DNA of 64,000 bases. Source: Salpingoeca rosetta (taxonomy: Eukaryota; Protista; Choanoflagellata). A program made the translations under genes and the position numbers. Below, piece after piece: positions 13,180 to 34,557 of this stretch; the stretch's first letter is position 1; every line of letters begins with the position of its first letter. The stretch is from contig JAWQFM010000036.1 in the NCBI GenBank assembly GCA_033442325.1, positions 381,501 to 445,500 on the forward strand, given 5' to 3'. The notes under the pieces were generated by a model. The model was not told the origin of the DNA. It was given only the letters and a program-made list of their open reading frames with translations, and did no database searches.

Positions 13180-13740
13180 CTGCTCTGCTTGTGAAGTGAT
13201 GAACACCTACAGACGCAAAACCAGCGCCACACACCCACACACCCACATACATACATAAAGACACACACGCACACACATTCACACGCACATGATTCTTCTG
13301 GTTGCTTGTTGTCTTTGCAGGCGAAGTGGGCAGTGGTGGTGTATGATCGCACACGCAGCGCCGTCACCACCCTGTGCAGCCATGACGATGTGGATGTTGG
13401 TGATGATGTGGATGTTGGTGATGATGTTGGGTGTCGTGATGGTGTTGGGTGTCATGGTGATGATGGTGACGGTGCGTGCAGCAGGGGCAGACGCGACCCG
13501 GACCGCCACGACAACGGCGATGACAACAGCGATGACAACAGCGATGACAACAGCGGCGCAGACAACACCGACAGCCAGCGTGTTCGTGACGAACATCATC
13601 GTGCTTATCTTCATGGCTACCGCCAGCATCTTGGCAATCAGGCGGCATGCAATGCAGCGTTTGCTGGTGGCGCACATGTGTCTGCAGTGTCGTTGCTGGC
13701 GTGGTTGCGCTGCACTCGTGATGCCGGTGGCGGTGGTTGA
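9579..13740 (+). CDS. Multi-exon secretory-pathway protein with redox-inactive thioredoxin-like folds (PDI/DNAJC16-like), acidic and polyQ inserts
   Basis: Signal peptide [27 protein letters not shown]; LGARWSYDS in place of FYAxWCxxC; downstream [11 protein letters not shown]...WYPRV...YSGAL resembles the thioredoxin C-terminal half; [15 protein letters not shown] resembles PDI b-type domains. Internal exon structure only partly resolved. Confidence 0.45.
12185..12546 (+). repeat. Compound CAG/CAA repeat with recurring CAATTG interruptions (about 120 codons of polyQ if exonic)
   Basis: Direct reading of sequence. Confidence 0.95.
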
Positions 13741-13747
13741 ATATGTA

Positions 13748-13778
<31 letters not shown>

Positions 13779-13779
13779 C

Positions 13780-13816
<37 letters not shown>

Positions 13817-14241
13817 CACGCATTGATTATTGCTTGTTTAGTGGCCCATTGAATATCACGTGGAATGGCGAGTATGTGGAAACGCAAAGGCGCAAAGAGA
13901 GACAACGAGTTGGAAACAGGCAAGCACACATACACACAGATACACGAATACGAATACGTAGGTACACAGATGCACACAGACACAGACACAGACACACACA
14001 CACACACACACACACAGACACACACAGACAGACAGACAGACAGACACACATACACACACACACACACAGACACGAGAAAGGGCGAATACGAACACGCAGG
14101 TACACAGATGCACATACACAGCTGCTCATAACCTATTTCTCCTCCTCCCCGCCCCCTCCATCATCCCAGAATCCACTATCGTTCTCATCGTTTGCACTGC
14201 CGTTCCGTACCATCACCCTTTACCGCCACCATCACAATTCC

Positions 14242-15195
14242 TTAACGTAACCCCGTGTCATCATCCCCACCACCACCACCACCACCACCACCACCACCAC
14301 CACCACCACTGCGCCTGCCACGTTCACTGCTCTCACCAAAGGATGCGAGGGTGCGGTCGAGCTTGGCGTTGGCGTGCCTGTACAGCTCCATCTCGTGCCG
14401 CAACACGCCGTCCAACACCTCCGCCCGCTGCGCTTCCGCCGGCACCGCGGACTTGTGCGCGTTCTGGTGCACGTGCGTGGTGCCTTCCACCAAGGCATCG
14501 GCCTGCTCGCGGCTCAGCCCCATGGTGAGCGCGAGCGCGCGGATCGTGTCTCCCATGCGTTCGGTCGTGCCGACAACGGCAAACGTGTCCAGGTTGTCCT
14601 TGGCCACGCGCAGCGCCAAGTCCATATCCTTGCGCACGGCCTTCACATCGTCGGGGTGCAGGTAGGTGGCCGGGAATGAGGGCAGAACGTCTGCATAGAA
14701 CTGAAACTGGTACACGTGTGCAAGGTTATCCTGCTGCAGCCAGCGCACGAAGTCGTTGTTGTGCTCGGCCGGGTCCACGTGCCAGTGCTTGTTCCACATG
14801 GACCAACGATGCTCTAGCGGGTGCCTCAGCAATGCAATGGTGCGGAAGTTGTTGCACGGTAAGCTCAGGTACACGGATATCGAGTCGTGGCTCGTCACAA
14901 AGTCGCACGTGTCCCAGCGTGTCAGGTTGGCCACGAGCTTGTCTTGGGCTTGCTTATCAATATAGAATTGCCCAAAACAGTTGCCTTTCTTGGATCCCAG
15001 CCGCATCGAATCCCTGTCGAAGAATGGGCGGGAGAGAGCGTGACATTGGGGGAGAGCGGGGACATTGGGAGAGAGCGTGACAGCGAAACAACAGGGGCAC
15101 AGAGTGAACTTGTGAGCATGCACACGCCAATCGCGTCCAGCGAAGGTGGTCACAACAGATGGCTTCAAACAAAACACAACCCGATCCCATGTGGT

Positions 15196-15273
<78 letters not shown>

Positions 15274-15791
15274 CTGAGGTCATGAGCTGATCGAAGCACG
15301 CACGCAAGCCGCAGGCAAGCATGCCACCAACAAACCCGCACCAATCTCGCCCTCCTCACCCACACCCCGTCCGCAATCCCCCCCCCTTTGTCTTTGTCGT
15401 ACGTGACGTAGTTTCCTGGACAAGGACGAGGTGTGCGATCGAGCGCTTTGTTTAGGACCTTGACGATACTTGCGTGAAGGCTTGTTCCACCGCTAAGCGG
15501 GAAGTGGACAAGAAAGAAAGGCGAGTTCTTGCAGGCGATCTTGGGGATCACGTGCGGTCGAAAGAAACACTGATCGCCCACGACAGCTGTCTTGGCATGC
15601 TCCAGCACGGCCTTGCCTACTCCACCACCACCACCTCTGGACGACGCCGTGTACGTATCCACCACCAGCAAGAACACCACAAGCGCAGCGAACGCGCCAA
15701 GCAACCGAAGGCGACTCCTTATCCTCTTGTCGCCGCCACCTCTGCCGCTCCCTGACTGTTGCTGTTGCTGTTGCTGTTGTAGCGTCGTCAT
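14242..15791 (-). CDS. Golgi-type (type II membrane) carbohydrate sulfotransferase-like protein, paralogue 1. Exons 15791-15403, 15013-14242
   Basis: N-terminal TM helix; 5'-PSB-like FFLVHFPLSGGTSL; 3'-PB-like LLRHPLEHRWS; C-terminal FAVVGTTERM and ELYRHANAKL typical of Sulfotransfer_2/Gal3ST-like enzymes; phase-2 intron shared with paralogue 2. Confidence 0.85.
14270..14637 (-). repeat. Copy A of a ~350 bp near-identical inverted duplicate (partner at 33289-33640)
   Basis: Reverse complement matches 33289-33640 with only a handful of substitutions. Confidence 0.92.
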
Positions 15792-15897
15792 CGTCCTTGC
15801 TGTTGTGGCTCCTCCTTCTCACTGCTGTTGTCGTGGCGAACAAAAAAGTAAAACTGAATTCAGTTGGATAGCACCGCAGCGACTGAATTCAGTGTGT

Positions 15898-15937
<40 letters not shown>

Positions 15938-15941
15938 GTGC

Positions 15942-16022
<81 letters not shown>

Positions 16023-16343
16023 TGTGTGTATGTGCGCGCATGTTTTGCGTTGCGTGAAAACGTCGCCTCTCCGGTCTCTCGGTTGTTGTCCACCAGCACA
16101 CACACACACACATGTACGTCTGGCACTTGCTTGCACACCTTCGTTGAAGGCTCGTTTATATCCTACGAGAGATGTGACCTGCCTTGTCACAAGAGCGCTT
16201 GAGAAACTGTGTAACATCATGTGACGTCAAGCAGTTGAACAAATGTACAAGCAAGAATAGATTACAGTAGTGCCATCACCCGAGCAAGCGGCTCCATCAT
16301 GCACGTTGCTTTTGCTTTCCAACCCTTCCATGGCGATGTCATA

Positions 16344-21749
<5,406 letters not shown>

Positions 21750-22054
21750 GAAGGATGGGAGCTCGTGTGCGTTCTTGCGTGTGTGCGTATGCGTTGTGCG
21801 TATGCGTTGTGCGTCTGCGTTGTGTGTGTGTGGGTGCGTGAACGTGGAGTGTGGGTGTGAATGGGCAGTGTGAACGGGCAGTGAGAACGTGGAGTGTGAG
21901 CGAGTGCTCGGTTTGGTCGGTGGCAAGTTTGGACGATTTGCGACTGCATTAACGTTTTTCTTCAACGCAGACAAGAAGGATTGAAAGTCGTCCCTTGCGG
22001 TGGCACACACACAGTCGCACGCACACACACACAGACAGACACACACACACACAC

Positions 22055-22165
<111 letters not shown>

Positions 22166-22201
22166 GTGCGCGCACGCGTAGGCGCAAAGGATCATGGGTT
22201 A

Positions 22202-23338
22202 TTAGTTGCCCGTGCGTCCACGCAGCCACCTGACGTATTCCTTGAGAGAGATGCTGCCATCGTGGTTGGCGTCCAGCTCAGCCAGCGCATCATCAAGCGA
22301 ACCAAGGTCATATCTACGCATGACACATGGGAGCAAAAGGTGTGTGAGGGAGAAAAAGCAAACGTTGGGCTGAATATTCGCGGTGCATACGCAACCAGTG
22401 TGGTGGCCTTGCGCAAACAGTTGCGCTTGTGAATGCACTTGTGTTTGTTGCATTTCTCTCAATCTCTCAAATCTCTCTCTGTTTCTAGCTCATCCCAACC
22501 CCCCAATCCCCATCGTTGTATCCTCCCTCTGAGTACCACGTACGATTGCTTGAGGTTGTCGTAGAGGGAAGCAAACTCTTCGCGCGAGATGGCGCCGTTG
22601 CGATCTTTGTCAAAGTAGTTGAAGTGGTCCGTCGTCACTTGCAGCCACTGCACACAGGTGCATGCGTGTGAGTGCATGCGTGTGAGTGAATGAGTGCGAG
22701 AGTGCGTGAATGAACGAGTGAGAGACAGAGAGAGTGAGTGTATGTTAGCGCAAGTAAAGCTGAGAGTGAGAGAGAGCGAGAGAGAGTGTGTGTGTGTGCG
22801 TGGCATTGGCTGTGTGGGTGTGTTAGCACAAGTGATGGCGAGAGCGAGAGGGCGCGTGTTCACATGGGTACATTGACTGATCAACAACGCAAACAAACAG
22901 TATCACATGGCTGCACAGCAAAGAAAACGCACCTGCGCCCACTCTTCGGCCTTCTTCTGGTTCTCCTGCTCATCCTTCAGCACCTATGATGGGTGATGAC
23001 ACATGTGTATATGCATGTGAGAGTGAGAATGGGCGGAGGGTGCATGAAGTAGTTGACGAGGCTGTGTGTACACACAAGTCACCAACAAGCAAAGCACACA
23101 CGCACACATGACGTGTGCCATTGCATGCGTGCCCGTGGTAAACGCACCTGGAACCTGTCCTTCTGTGCCCACCACTTCTTGAACTCGTCATATGTGATCT
23201 TTCCAGATTGATCCTTGTCGATGATGCGCAGGGAGGTCTCAATCTGTTGTGCGTGCGTGTGTGTGTGCGTGTGTGTGTGTGCGTGTGTGTGCGCGCGTGT
23301 ATGTGTGAATGTGTGTGAGTGTGAGTGTGTGAGTGTGA

Positions 23339-23383
<45 letters not shown>

Positions 23384-24010
23384 TTCGGAACACAATGCGT
23401 GGTGAGCGTGATGCAAGGATGCACGCGACAAAGCATCATCTTTGCGAAGGTGCGTGTTGGGTTACATCCAATTACAACAAAATGACTCGCCTCCTCATCA
23501 GACATGGGGTGTCCAAGTTTGTACACAATCTGCAAAGTGAGGTGTGGTGGGTGTGCGTGAGGATAGGGACGAAGCAGAAGGGAAGGACGTTCAAAGTTGC
23601 AACAAGAGAGACGTGACACGAACATGGCACATGGGAGGAGAAAGGTAGTGCGTGTATGATAGGCGCGGCATTGCAAGACACTTTGCACACCAACACACAC
23701 ACACACACACACCAACATCCACACACACACAGACACACGCACACATCCACACACACGTACTGACCGCCTTGAGCTCGCTGGCGTCGATGTTGCCCGACTT
23801 GTCTTGGTCGTGCGCGTCAAAGATGATCTGCACCCGTCCGTGTGAGCAAGAGAGTGAGGGGATGAGGGAGGAAGGCCCTGTCTCTCCGTCTCGCTTTCCC
23901 TCTCTGTTTGCGTGCACGGAAACGAAGGCAGATCTCCTACCACAAGCCCCCCACCCAAACAAGTCTACCCATCCACGGTTCCGTGTACCCACCCTTGAGA
24001 GCAGAGGCAT
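22202..24010 (-). CDS. Calmodulin-like protein with four EF-hands, multi-exon
   Basis: EF loops DQDKSGNIDASE, DKDQSGKITYDE, DKDRNGAISREE, DANHDGSISLKE; exons join in frame; the start exon (MPLLSR) is tentative. Confidence 0.88.
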
Positions 24011-24353
24011 GGCGAGGGTTACAGCTGGTCTTGTCTGTCACACTGTCAGGAACAAGACAGCAAGCAAGAGTAAGATGAACGCAAAGGCAGCAAGTCAGCA
24101 ACAGGCACCTGCTTGCTCGATGTGACAGGCAAACAAACAGACAACTCACAAAGAGTGGGAGGAGTTTGTTTGGATTTCTGCTCCGTGTTGTGTGTGTGTG
24201 TGTGTGTGAGTGCATTTTGCGGCAGTGGTGCTTGTTTGTGGCGTGCTGTTGTGTTGTGTTGTTGTCCTTCCACTGCACCAAGGTGACACCCATCCTCGTC
24301 CGCCACCTGTTCCACAGCACGGCCGCCCTCCGCCCTCGGCTGGACGCAAGGCC

Positions 24354-25641
24354 ATGTTCATCTTTGGCACGGAAACCTTCACCTTTGAGGTAAGGGAGTG
24401 GGCCAATACACACTCTCTCGTGCCACTGACTGGCGACACCATCTCCCGGTTGTCACTCACCAGGTGCTTTGTTCTGTAATGTCCTCCTGTCACGCTATGC
24501 ACGGCGCTGCTTCAGGGTCGCTTCCTTGGGACGGTTCCTATCAACTCTGTTCGGGCAGATGGCGAGGAGCGCCTCTCCGCAGCATGGCAGATGCTGACGC
24601 TCAAGCTCGACAAGCTGCACGTACGTTGGGTGTGTGTGTGTGTGTTTGTGTGTGTGTATGTATGTGTATGTTTGTGTGTGCGTGTGTGTATGTTTGTGTA
24701 TGTTCGTGCGTGTGTGTGTGCGTGTGTATGTTTGTGTATGTGTGTGCGTGTATGTGTGCATGTGCGCGTACATGCGCGCCCATCTGTCTGGTCTCTGTCT
24801 CCATCCGCGCTCCACTCTTCCTTCCTCTGTGCGTGTGTGCCATTGTGGACGTACGCCATGTCACGCGTGCACACCCTTGCACCGCCTATCAAACAGGAGC
24901 GGCTGATTGACGAGACTATGGCCAGCAAGCACGGCGGTAATGCAACCGACGCCCTTAGACGGAAGATTGATAAGGCGAGTCAGTGCACATGTGGTGTGGT
25001 GTGGTGTGCATGTGTGTGCATGTGTGTGTGTGCGTGTGTGCGTGTGTGCGTGCGTGCGTGCGTGCGTGTGCGTATGTGTGTATGCGTGTGTGTACGTGTG
25101 TGTGCATGTGTGCGTGCGTGTGGTGATAGTGGGTGTGGGGTTAACTTTTCCCCGTTCTCACCACTGCTGCGCTGCACCATCGCAACAGCAACTCCAAAAG
25201 CACGGTCGTGATGTGCGAAGAGGAGAAGCGTCGGTGTTGGACATATCGGCTACTCATGTTACAGTAAGCACGCATACGATGCTACACATGCGTGGATTGT
25301 GTGCGTGCGTGCACGTGTGTGTGTATCTTTGTCGCGCACCGCTGTGACACCTCTTGTTCACCTCCTCACGCACACACACATACACAACGTACGTGGCGTG
25401 CCCAGCTCAAGGCGCGATGGGACATCAGCGTGGAGCCGACGCGGTTCGCATCGCTGCGCATTGCGGAAGTCGGCGTCCTGCCATCAACGATACCGGATAT
25501 GGGCTGCGTTGGATTTGTCTACGAAGGTGCGATGATCGTCTGCACACGTGTGCATGTGTGTGTGTGTGCGCGTACGTGTCAATGTGTGTGCGTGCGTGTC
25601 AATGTGTGTGTGTGTGTGTGTCATCCACATCGAGCACCGCT

Positions 25642-25684
<43 letters not shown>

Positions 25685-26443
25685 CTCTGTCTGTCTCCCT
25701 GTCTGTCTGTCTCTGTCTCTCTCCCTGTGTGCTTTCAGGCCGTCGGTCCAAGTTCCACGCGATGCTCGTGCCAAAGGAGGAGAGCACAAAGTGCAGTGAC
25801 GCAATCAAGGAATCGGTGAGCGAGCCCGTGTGTGCAATGTCGTGTACAACATGTATGTGTGTGTGCGTGCGCGTGTGTGTGTGTGTGTGTGTACGTGAAG
25901 CAGCTGCAGGAGCACCAGCAGTAGCAGCAGCAGCAGCAGTAGTAGTGGCAGCAGCAGTAGCAGCAGTGGCACTGCCTCAGAACACGTTTGTGAACGAAGT
26001 CCACCATTTCCACCCAACATCCATCCCCCGCTCATGCACCCCTCTAACAATCACATGCCCTTTGCACATCACCACCCTCTCGCCGTTCGTAACAACTGAC
26101 GCACGCGCGCGTGTGTATATGTTGTTTTTTGGCTGCTGCTGCTGCGACTGCTGTTGCTGCTGTTGCCCTGAACAACAGGTTCGTCTTGCCCGCAAAGCGG
26201 AGCGCGAGGCCGAGGAAACAAACGTTCCAAACCCGGACTTGACTGCCGATACAGAAACATCGGCGAGTGTGGACTCATTGTCCACCCTCGCTCGCCGCGC
26301 CCGCACAAGCAGCAGCAGCAGCAGTGCTGATGGTGGCGGTGATAATGCAAACACGATTCGGTTTGGGATTGGATTTAAACGCCAGTCATCCATTCGGGTA
26401 ATTGAAAGGGTGGTGGTGGTGGTGGTGGGGAGTAAGTGTCGAC

Positions 26444-26480
<37 letters not shown>

Positions 26481-26920
26481 CGTGTGTGTGCATGCGTGCG
26501 TGTATTTTTGTATGTGCGTGTGTGTGTGTGTGTGTATGTGCGTGTTTGTAATACTCATGCTTCACCATGTTCGCCAACTTAACATCACAATCGTCACCAT
26601 GTACACCACGGCATTGTGCACGACCAGCTCAACGCACGGCTGCAACGAAAAGCGTCCATTGGTCTTCGAAGGAAAGGCCGAGGACAGGTATGTGATGATG
26701 ATGGTGGTGGTGGTGGTGGTCCAAATCGTGGTCGGCTCTCCAACAGCGTGCGTTGATTGTGCACACACTTCACCCTTCATGCCGTTTGCTTGCATGCACG
26801 TGCCTCACCATACCGTGCACACATGTCACATCATCTCCACGTTTGCAATCGCACATTTCATCAGCGGTCCTCCACCGTGTCCGCGTCATCCATGACGAGT
26901 CTTCGTAAGCGCCTCACGTG

Positions 26921-26955
<35 letters not shown>

Positions 26956-27664
26956 TGTGTATGTGTGTGTGTGTGTGTGTGTTGCTGTGTCATGGCATGT
27001 GTGCACAATGTGATGCAAATTCTTTGAGTGTTTGCACATTGAATGTCACTTCTTCTCCACATACGCACACACACACACACACACACTACCTGTCACACAC
27101 ACTCTCTCACTATTTCTTACACCCCCCCCCCACGTCTCTCTCTCTCTCACACACACACACACACGCTCACTCACACACACATCTACCTCTGCGCACGTCT
27201 TGCTTTTCAGCTGACAGCCGGGAGTCGAGTACATCAAACACACGCGTGAACAGCACCATCGATATCAGCAGCAGCTGCGGTGATAGTGGTGACAGTGGCG
27301 GCAGACGAGATCATGCCCGCGATTCAGCGGCCACATCAATGCAAGCAGCTACTACAACAACAACAGCAACAACAACAAGCGTGCCCGTAATGTCGGCGCC
27401 CATGCATGCCATGCCTGCAAGCAACAGTGAAACCACACGCAGCTGTGATGATGCATGCGACGGCACCGATGACGATGATTTGCTGGCTGATGTTGATGAA
27501 GGGCTCTTCGACGCTGTTGATGTTATTGCGGAGGTGAACAAGTGACGCATTGTGCTGTTGTGCTGTGCTGTGGTGTGTTGAGTTGCGTTGTGGTGTTCTG
27601 CATGATTTTCTTGTCTCAGAGTCTGGGGGGTGGGGAATTCTTGTTGCTTTTGCTCCCGATTGTA

Positions 27665-27723
<59 letters not shown>

Positions 27724-28040
27724 ATTTGCACATTTGCACATTGGCATGCGCACGCTCACGCGCACCCCCCCCCCCACACACACACACTCGTTGCATCGTG
27801 CCTGCCTCGTTGCACCACTCGTGTCTTCAGGAGGACGTGGGGGACATGGACGTGAGCGCGTTTGGTTTTGGATTTGATGGCGGCGAAGAATTGGAGCAGG
27901 TCGAAGAATTGGAGCAGGTTGAAGAATTGGAGGAGGCGGATGGATTTGCCCACATGTCAATCGACGATGAGGTCGACGACATACGCGCGCACAATGGTGA
28001 TGGTGATGGTGATGGCGATGATGATGTGTTTGGGTTTTGA
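24354..28040 (+). CDS. PTB/PID-like domain protein with Ser-rich and acidic tail, multi-exon
   Basis: Spliced [13 protein letters not shown]...[13 protein letters not shown]...LRIAEVGV...VGFVYEG...FHAMLV...SDAIKESV follows the PTB strand/helix pattern; ends DVFGF-stop. Confidence 0.6.
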
Positions 28041-28151
28041 GGGGAAAGGGGGCGGGAAGACCCGTGTGCAATGGGCGAATTCTTATGTATGACAAAAGCG
28101 CGTGGGTGAAAACGAACAAGGTGATGTCGCCGCAAGGACACCAACGAGACT

Positions 28152-28245
<94 letters not shown>

Positions 28246-28377
28246 GCACACACACACACACACACACAAAACAGGGATCGTACCCACACATACGTATAAT
28301 GAAAGGAACCAAAATACACGAACACAGCACCGCATGACGAGTTGCACAAGTTCATGGCATTGCGTCATGTCATTGCG

Positions 28378-31528
<3,151 letters not shown>

Positions 31529-32031
31529 CGTGACTGGTGCGTGCGTATGTTTTTGTTTCCCCTCCTCCTCAATCACACAGCGGCTCTGCGATGTCGTCGA
31601 GGCACACAGACGCAGCAGCCATAAAGTGTGAGGAAAGTGTGATCAATGTGACATGGCACGACCGGCCGGGACTCAGTGGTTCACACCGCGCACACGTACA
31701 CACGCCCGCACACATGCCAACAGCACGTCGCAGCCTCGAGCACAGCAGCCATTCTATCACGATGCAATCCCCTAGCACCACAATACCAGCACCAGCAGCA
31801 CGACTTGCTTCCCCCAACACCTCCCCACACCAACCACGCACAACACAACAGCAACTCTGCCTGCCTTTCGTTTTGCTTTTCGTTGTGAGGCGCGATAATT
31901 ACAGCAAGATATGCCAACCTGGCGTGTTTGTTATGATTCGCCACAAAAGACTTTCAAGGCAGACAAGCTTACGTCATTCCAGAGAATTCGTTGAAAACAT
32001 TTATTGAATTTCCGAAACCTACGCCGACACC

Positions 32032-33657
32032 ATGAACAGCACCGCTGCACGCCAGCAGCAACAGCGCCAGCGCACAACAGCCACAGCAGCGACTGGCGCA
32101 GCAGCCAACAAGAAGAAGACGCGTGCGTTCTATGGTGCGGTGGGGCTGGTGTTCCTGGCGCTGGTCACTGTGTTGATAACGTCGTCGTCGCCGTCGTCGT
32201 CTTCGTCGCTGCTTCCCTTCTCGTCATCGTCGTCGTCGTCGTCCAACCGCGCAGCGCAACGAGCCGCGTCGGACAAGGCAGCAGCAGCCACGTTCGACAA
32301 GGACGGCAAGGCAGCCACCAACGAAAACGTGGGCTGTGACGGTAGCGGTGATGGGACGCAGGAGAAGGGGGCAGGCGGGTGCAATCAGTGTGACCTGCGG
32401 CCCAGGGTGACGCCCAAGGTTGCGTGTCATAACGCGCCCATCTTCCTTGCGCATTTCCCCTTGAGCGGCGGCACCAGCTTGCACGGGCGCATCGCAAAGG
32501 CCTCGAAGCTTCTCCACGACGACGGCAAGCCTCGCCCTTGCCCAGGCAACCTTGTCACGTAAGCACATGTGTTGGTGTATGGAGTGGCGGGGTGGGGGAT
32601 GGCGAAGAAGATTTTTTTGGTTGATGTGGATGCGTGCCTCTTTTTGTCGCTGCTTGGAGAGCGAAGGAGGGTGGGGGCGTGTTCGCCAACGTTTCTACTC
32701 ACCGACACCCACACGCATATCCACTCTCATACACACACACACACACTACACTCGCACACGCATATCCACTCTCACATACACACACACTCACACTCACGCA
32801 CACTCACATACACACACACTCACACACACACACACACTCACACACACACACACACACTCTCTCTCTCTCCTTCTTCTCAACCTCAACGCTCATGCGGGCA
32901 TTCTCTTGTTAGGGAGTCGATGCGGTCGTGGGGAAAAACAAAGCAGTGTCCAGGGCAGGGCTACATGGACGAGAAGCGACAGGCCAGCTTTGCATCGAAT
33001 TTGACGCAGTGGGACAACTGTGACTTCTTCACCAGCCACGACCCCTCGTCCGTGCTTCTGTATCTGCCGTGCAGCAACTTCCGCCCCGTCGCATTGTTGA
33101 GACACCCGCTCGAGCATCGATGGTCCATGTGGAACAAGCAATGGCACGTGCACCCATACGAGCACCACCGCAACTTCACCTACTGGCTCCTGCACGACAA
33201 GCTGGCCAAGACATACCAGCTCTATTTTTACGCCGATGCCCTGTCCATCTTTCCCGTCACATACCTGCACCCCGGTGACCTGAACCCGGTGCGCAAGGAT
33301 ATGGACTTGGCGCTGCGCGTGGCCAAGGACAACCTGGACACGTTTGCGGTTGTCGGCACGACCGAACGCATGGGAGACACGATCCGCGCGCTCGCGCTCA
33401 CCATGGGGCTGAGCCGCGAGCAGGCCGATGCCTTGGTGGAAGGCACCACGCACGTGCACCAGAACGCGCACAAGTCCGCGGTGCCGGAGGAAGCGCAGCG
33501 GGCGGAGGTGTTGGACGGCGTGTTGTGGCACGAGATGGAGCTCTACAGGCACGCCAATGCCAAGCTCGACCACACCCTCGCATCCTTTGGTGAGAGCAGT
33601 GAACGTGACAGGCGCAGTGGTGGTGGTGGTGGTGGTGGTGACAAGTCACACAGTTGA
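32032..33657 (+). CDS. Golgi-type carbohydrate sulfotransferase-like protein, paralogue 2. Exons 32032-32558, 32913-33657
   Basis: TM AVGLVFLALVTVLI; IFLAHFPLSGGTSL; LLRHPLEHRWS; same intron position and phase as paralogue 1. Confidence 0.87.
33289..33640 (+). repeat. Copy B of the near-identical inverted duplicate (partner at 14270-14637)
   Basis: Direct sequence comparison. Confidence 0.92.
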
Positions 33658-33840
33658 CACAAGCAAGGGCATCATGAAAAGGGTTGGCGTGTCTGTGTCT
33701 GTGACGAATTTCACATAAAGTTATCCGTGAATTCTCAACAACCAAAACAAATCCCAGCAGCCAGTGGTTCTTGGTTGTGCGCACTCACTTTGCGTTCTTT
33801 GCTGTGGATGAAGTGTGGGTGACAAACCATCAACGACGAT

Positions 33841-34467
33841 ATGGGAACGCGAACTGTGGCCGTGCAGGCTGTGGCCATGCTGGTGTGTGCTGCTGCAGTG
33901 TTTGGTTCGGTAACAGGCGCCAGCGATGTTGGCTGCCGCAACAAGCTGGCTCAGACACCACCCATGGGGTAGGTAGGCGTTGCCGCCACGCCGTGTGCTG
34001 CTTGTTTGTTTGTTTGTTTGTTCGTTCGTTTGTTCGTTTGTTTGTTCGTGTTGTGCAATCCTTTGCGTGTGTGTGGGTGATCGGTGTGCGCCTGTCGTCA
34101 TTCCCCGTCACCCGCTGTCGTCTTCTTCGTTGGCTGTGCCAACATCAATGTGGCCAATCTCATTTGTGCTGTTGATTCGTGCAAACAAACGACGACGATG
34201 ACATCAATAACAACAACAACAACAACAAATGACAGGTGGATGAGCTGGGAAATCTTCCGCTGCCAGATGGACTGCAAAACATATCCAAACTCTTGCATCA
34301 ACGCTGATCTGTACAAGACTACGGCTGATGCTATGAAGGCCAAGGGCTTCCTCGACGCAGGCTACGAGTGAGACTGGGGGCGATCATTGTTGATGAGCAT
34401 TGTCGATGAACATGTGTGCCTGTGTTTATGTGTGCTTGTGTTTATGTGTGCTTGAATGCTCGTGTGC

Positions 34468-34557
<90 letters not shown>

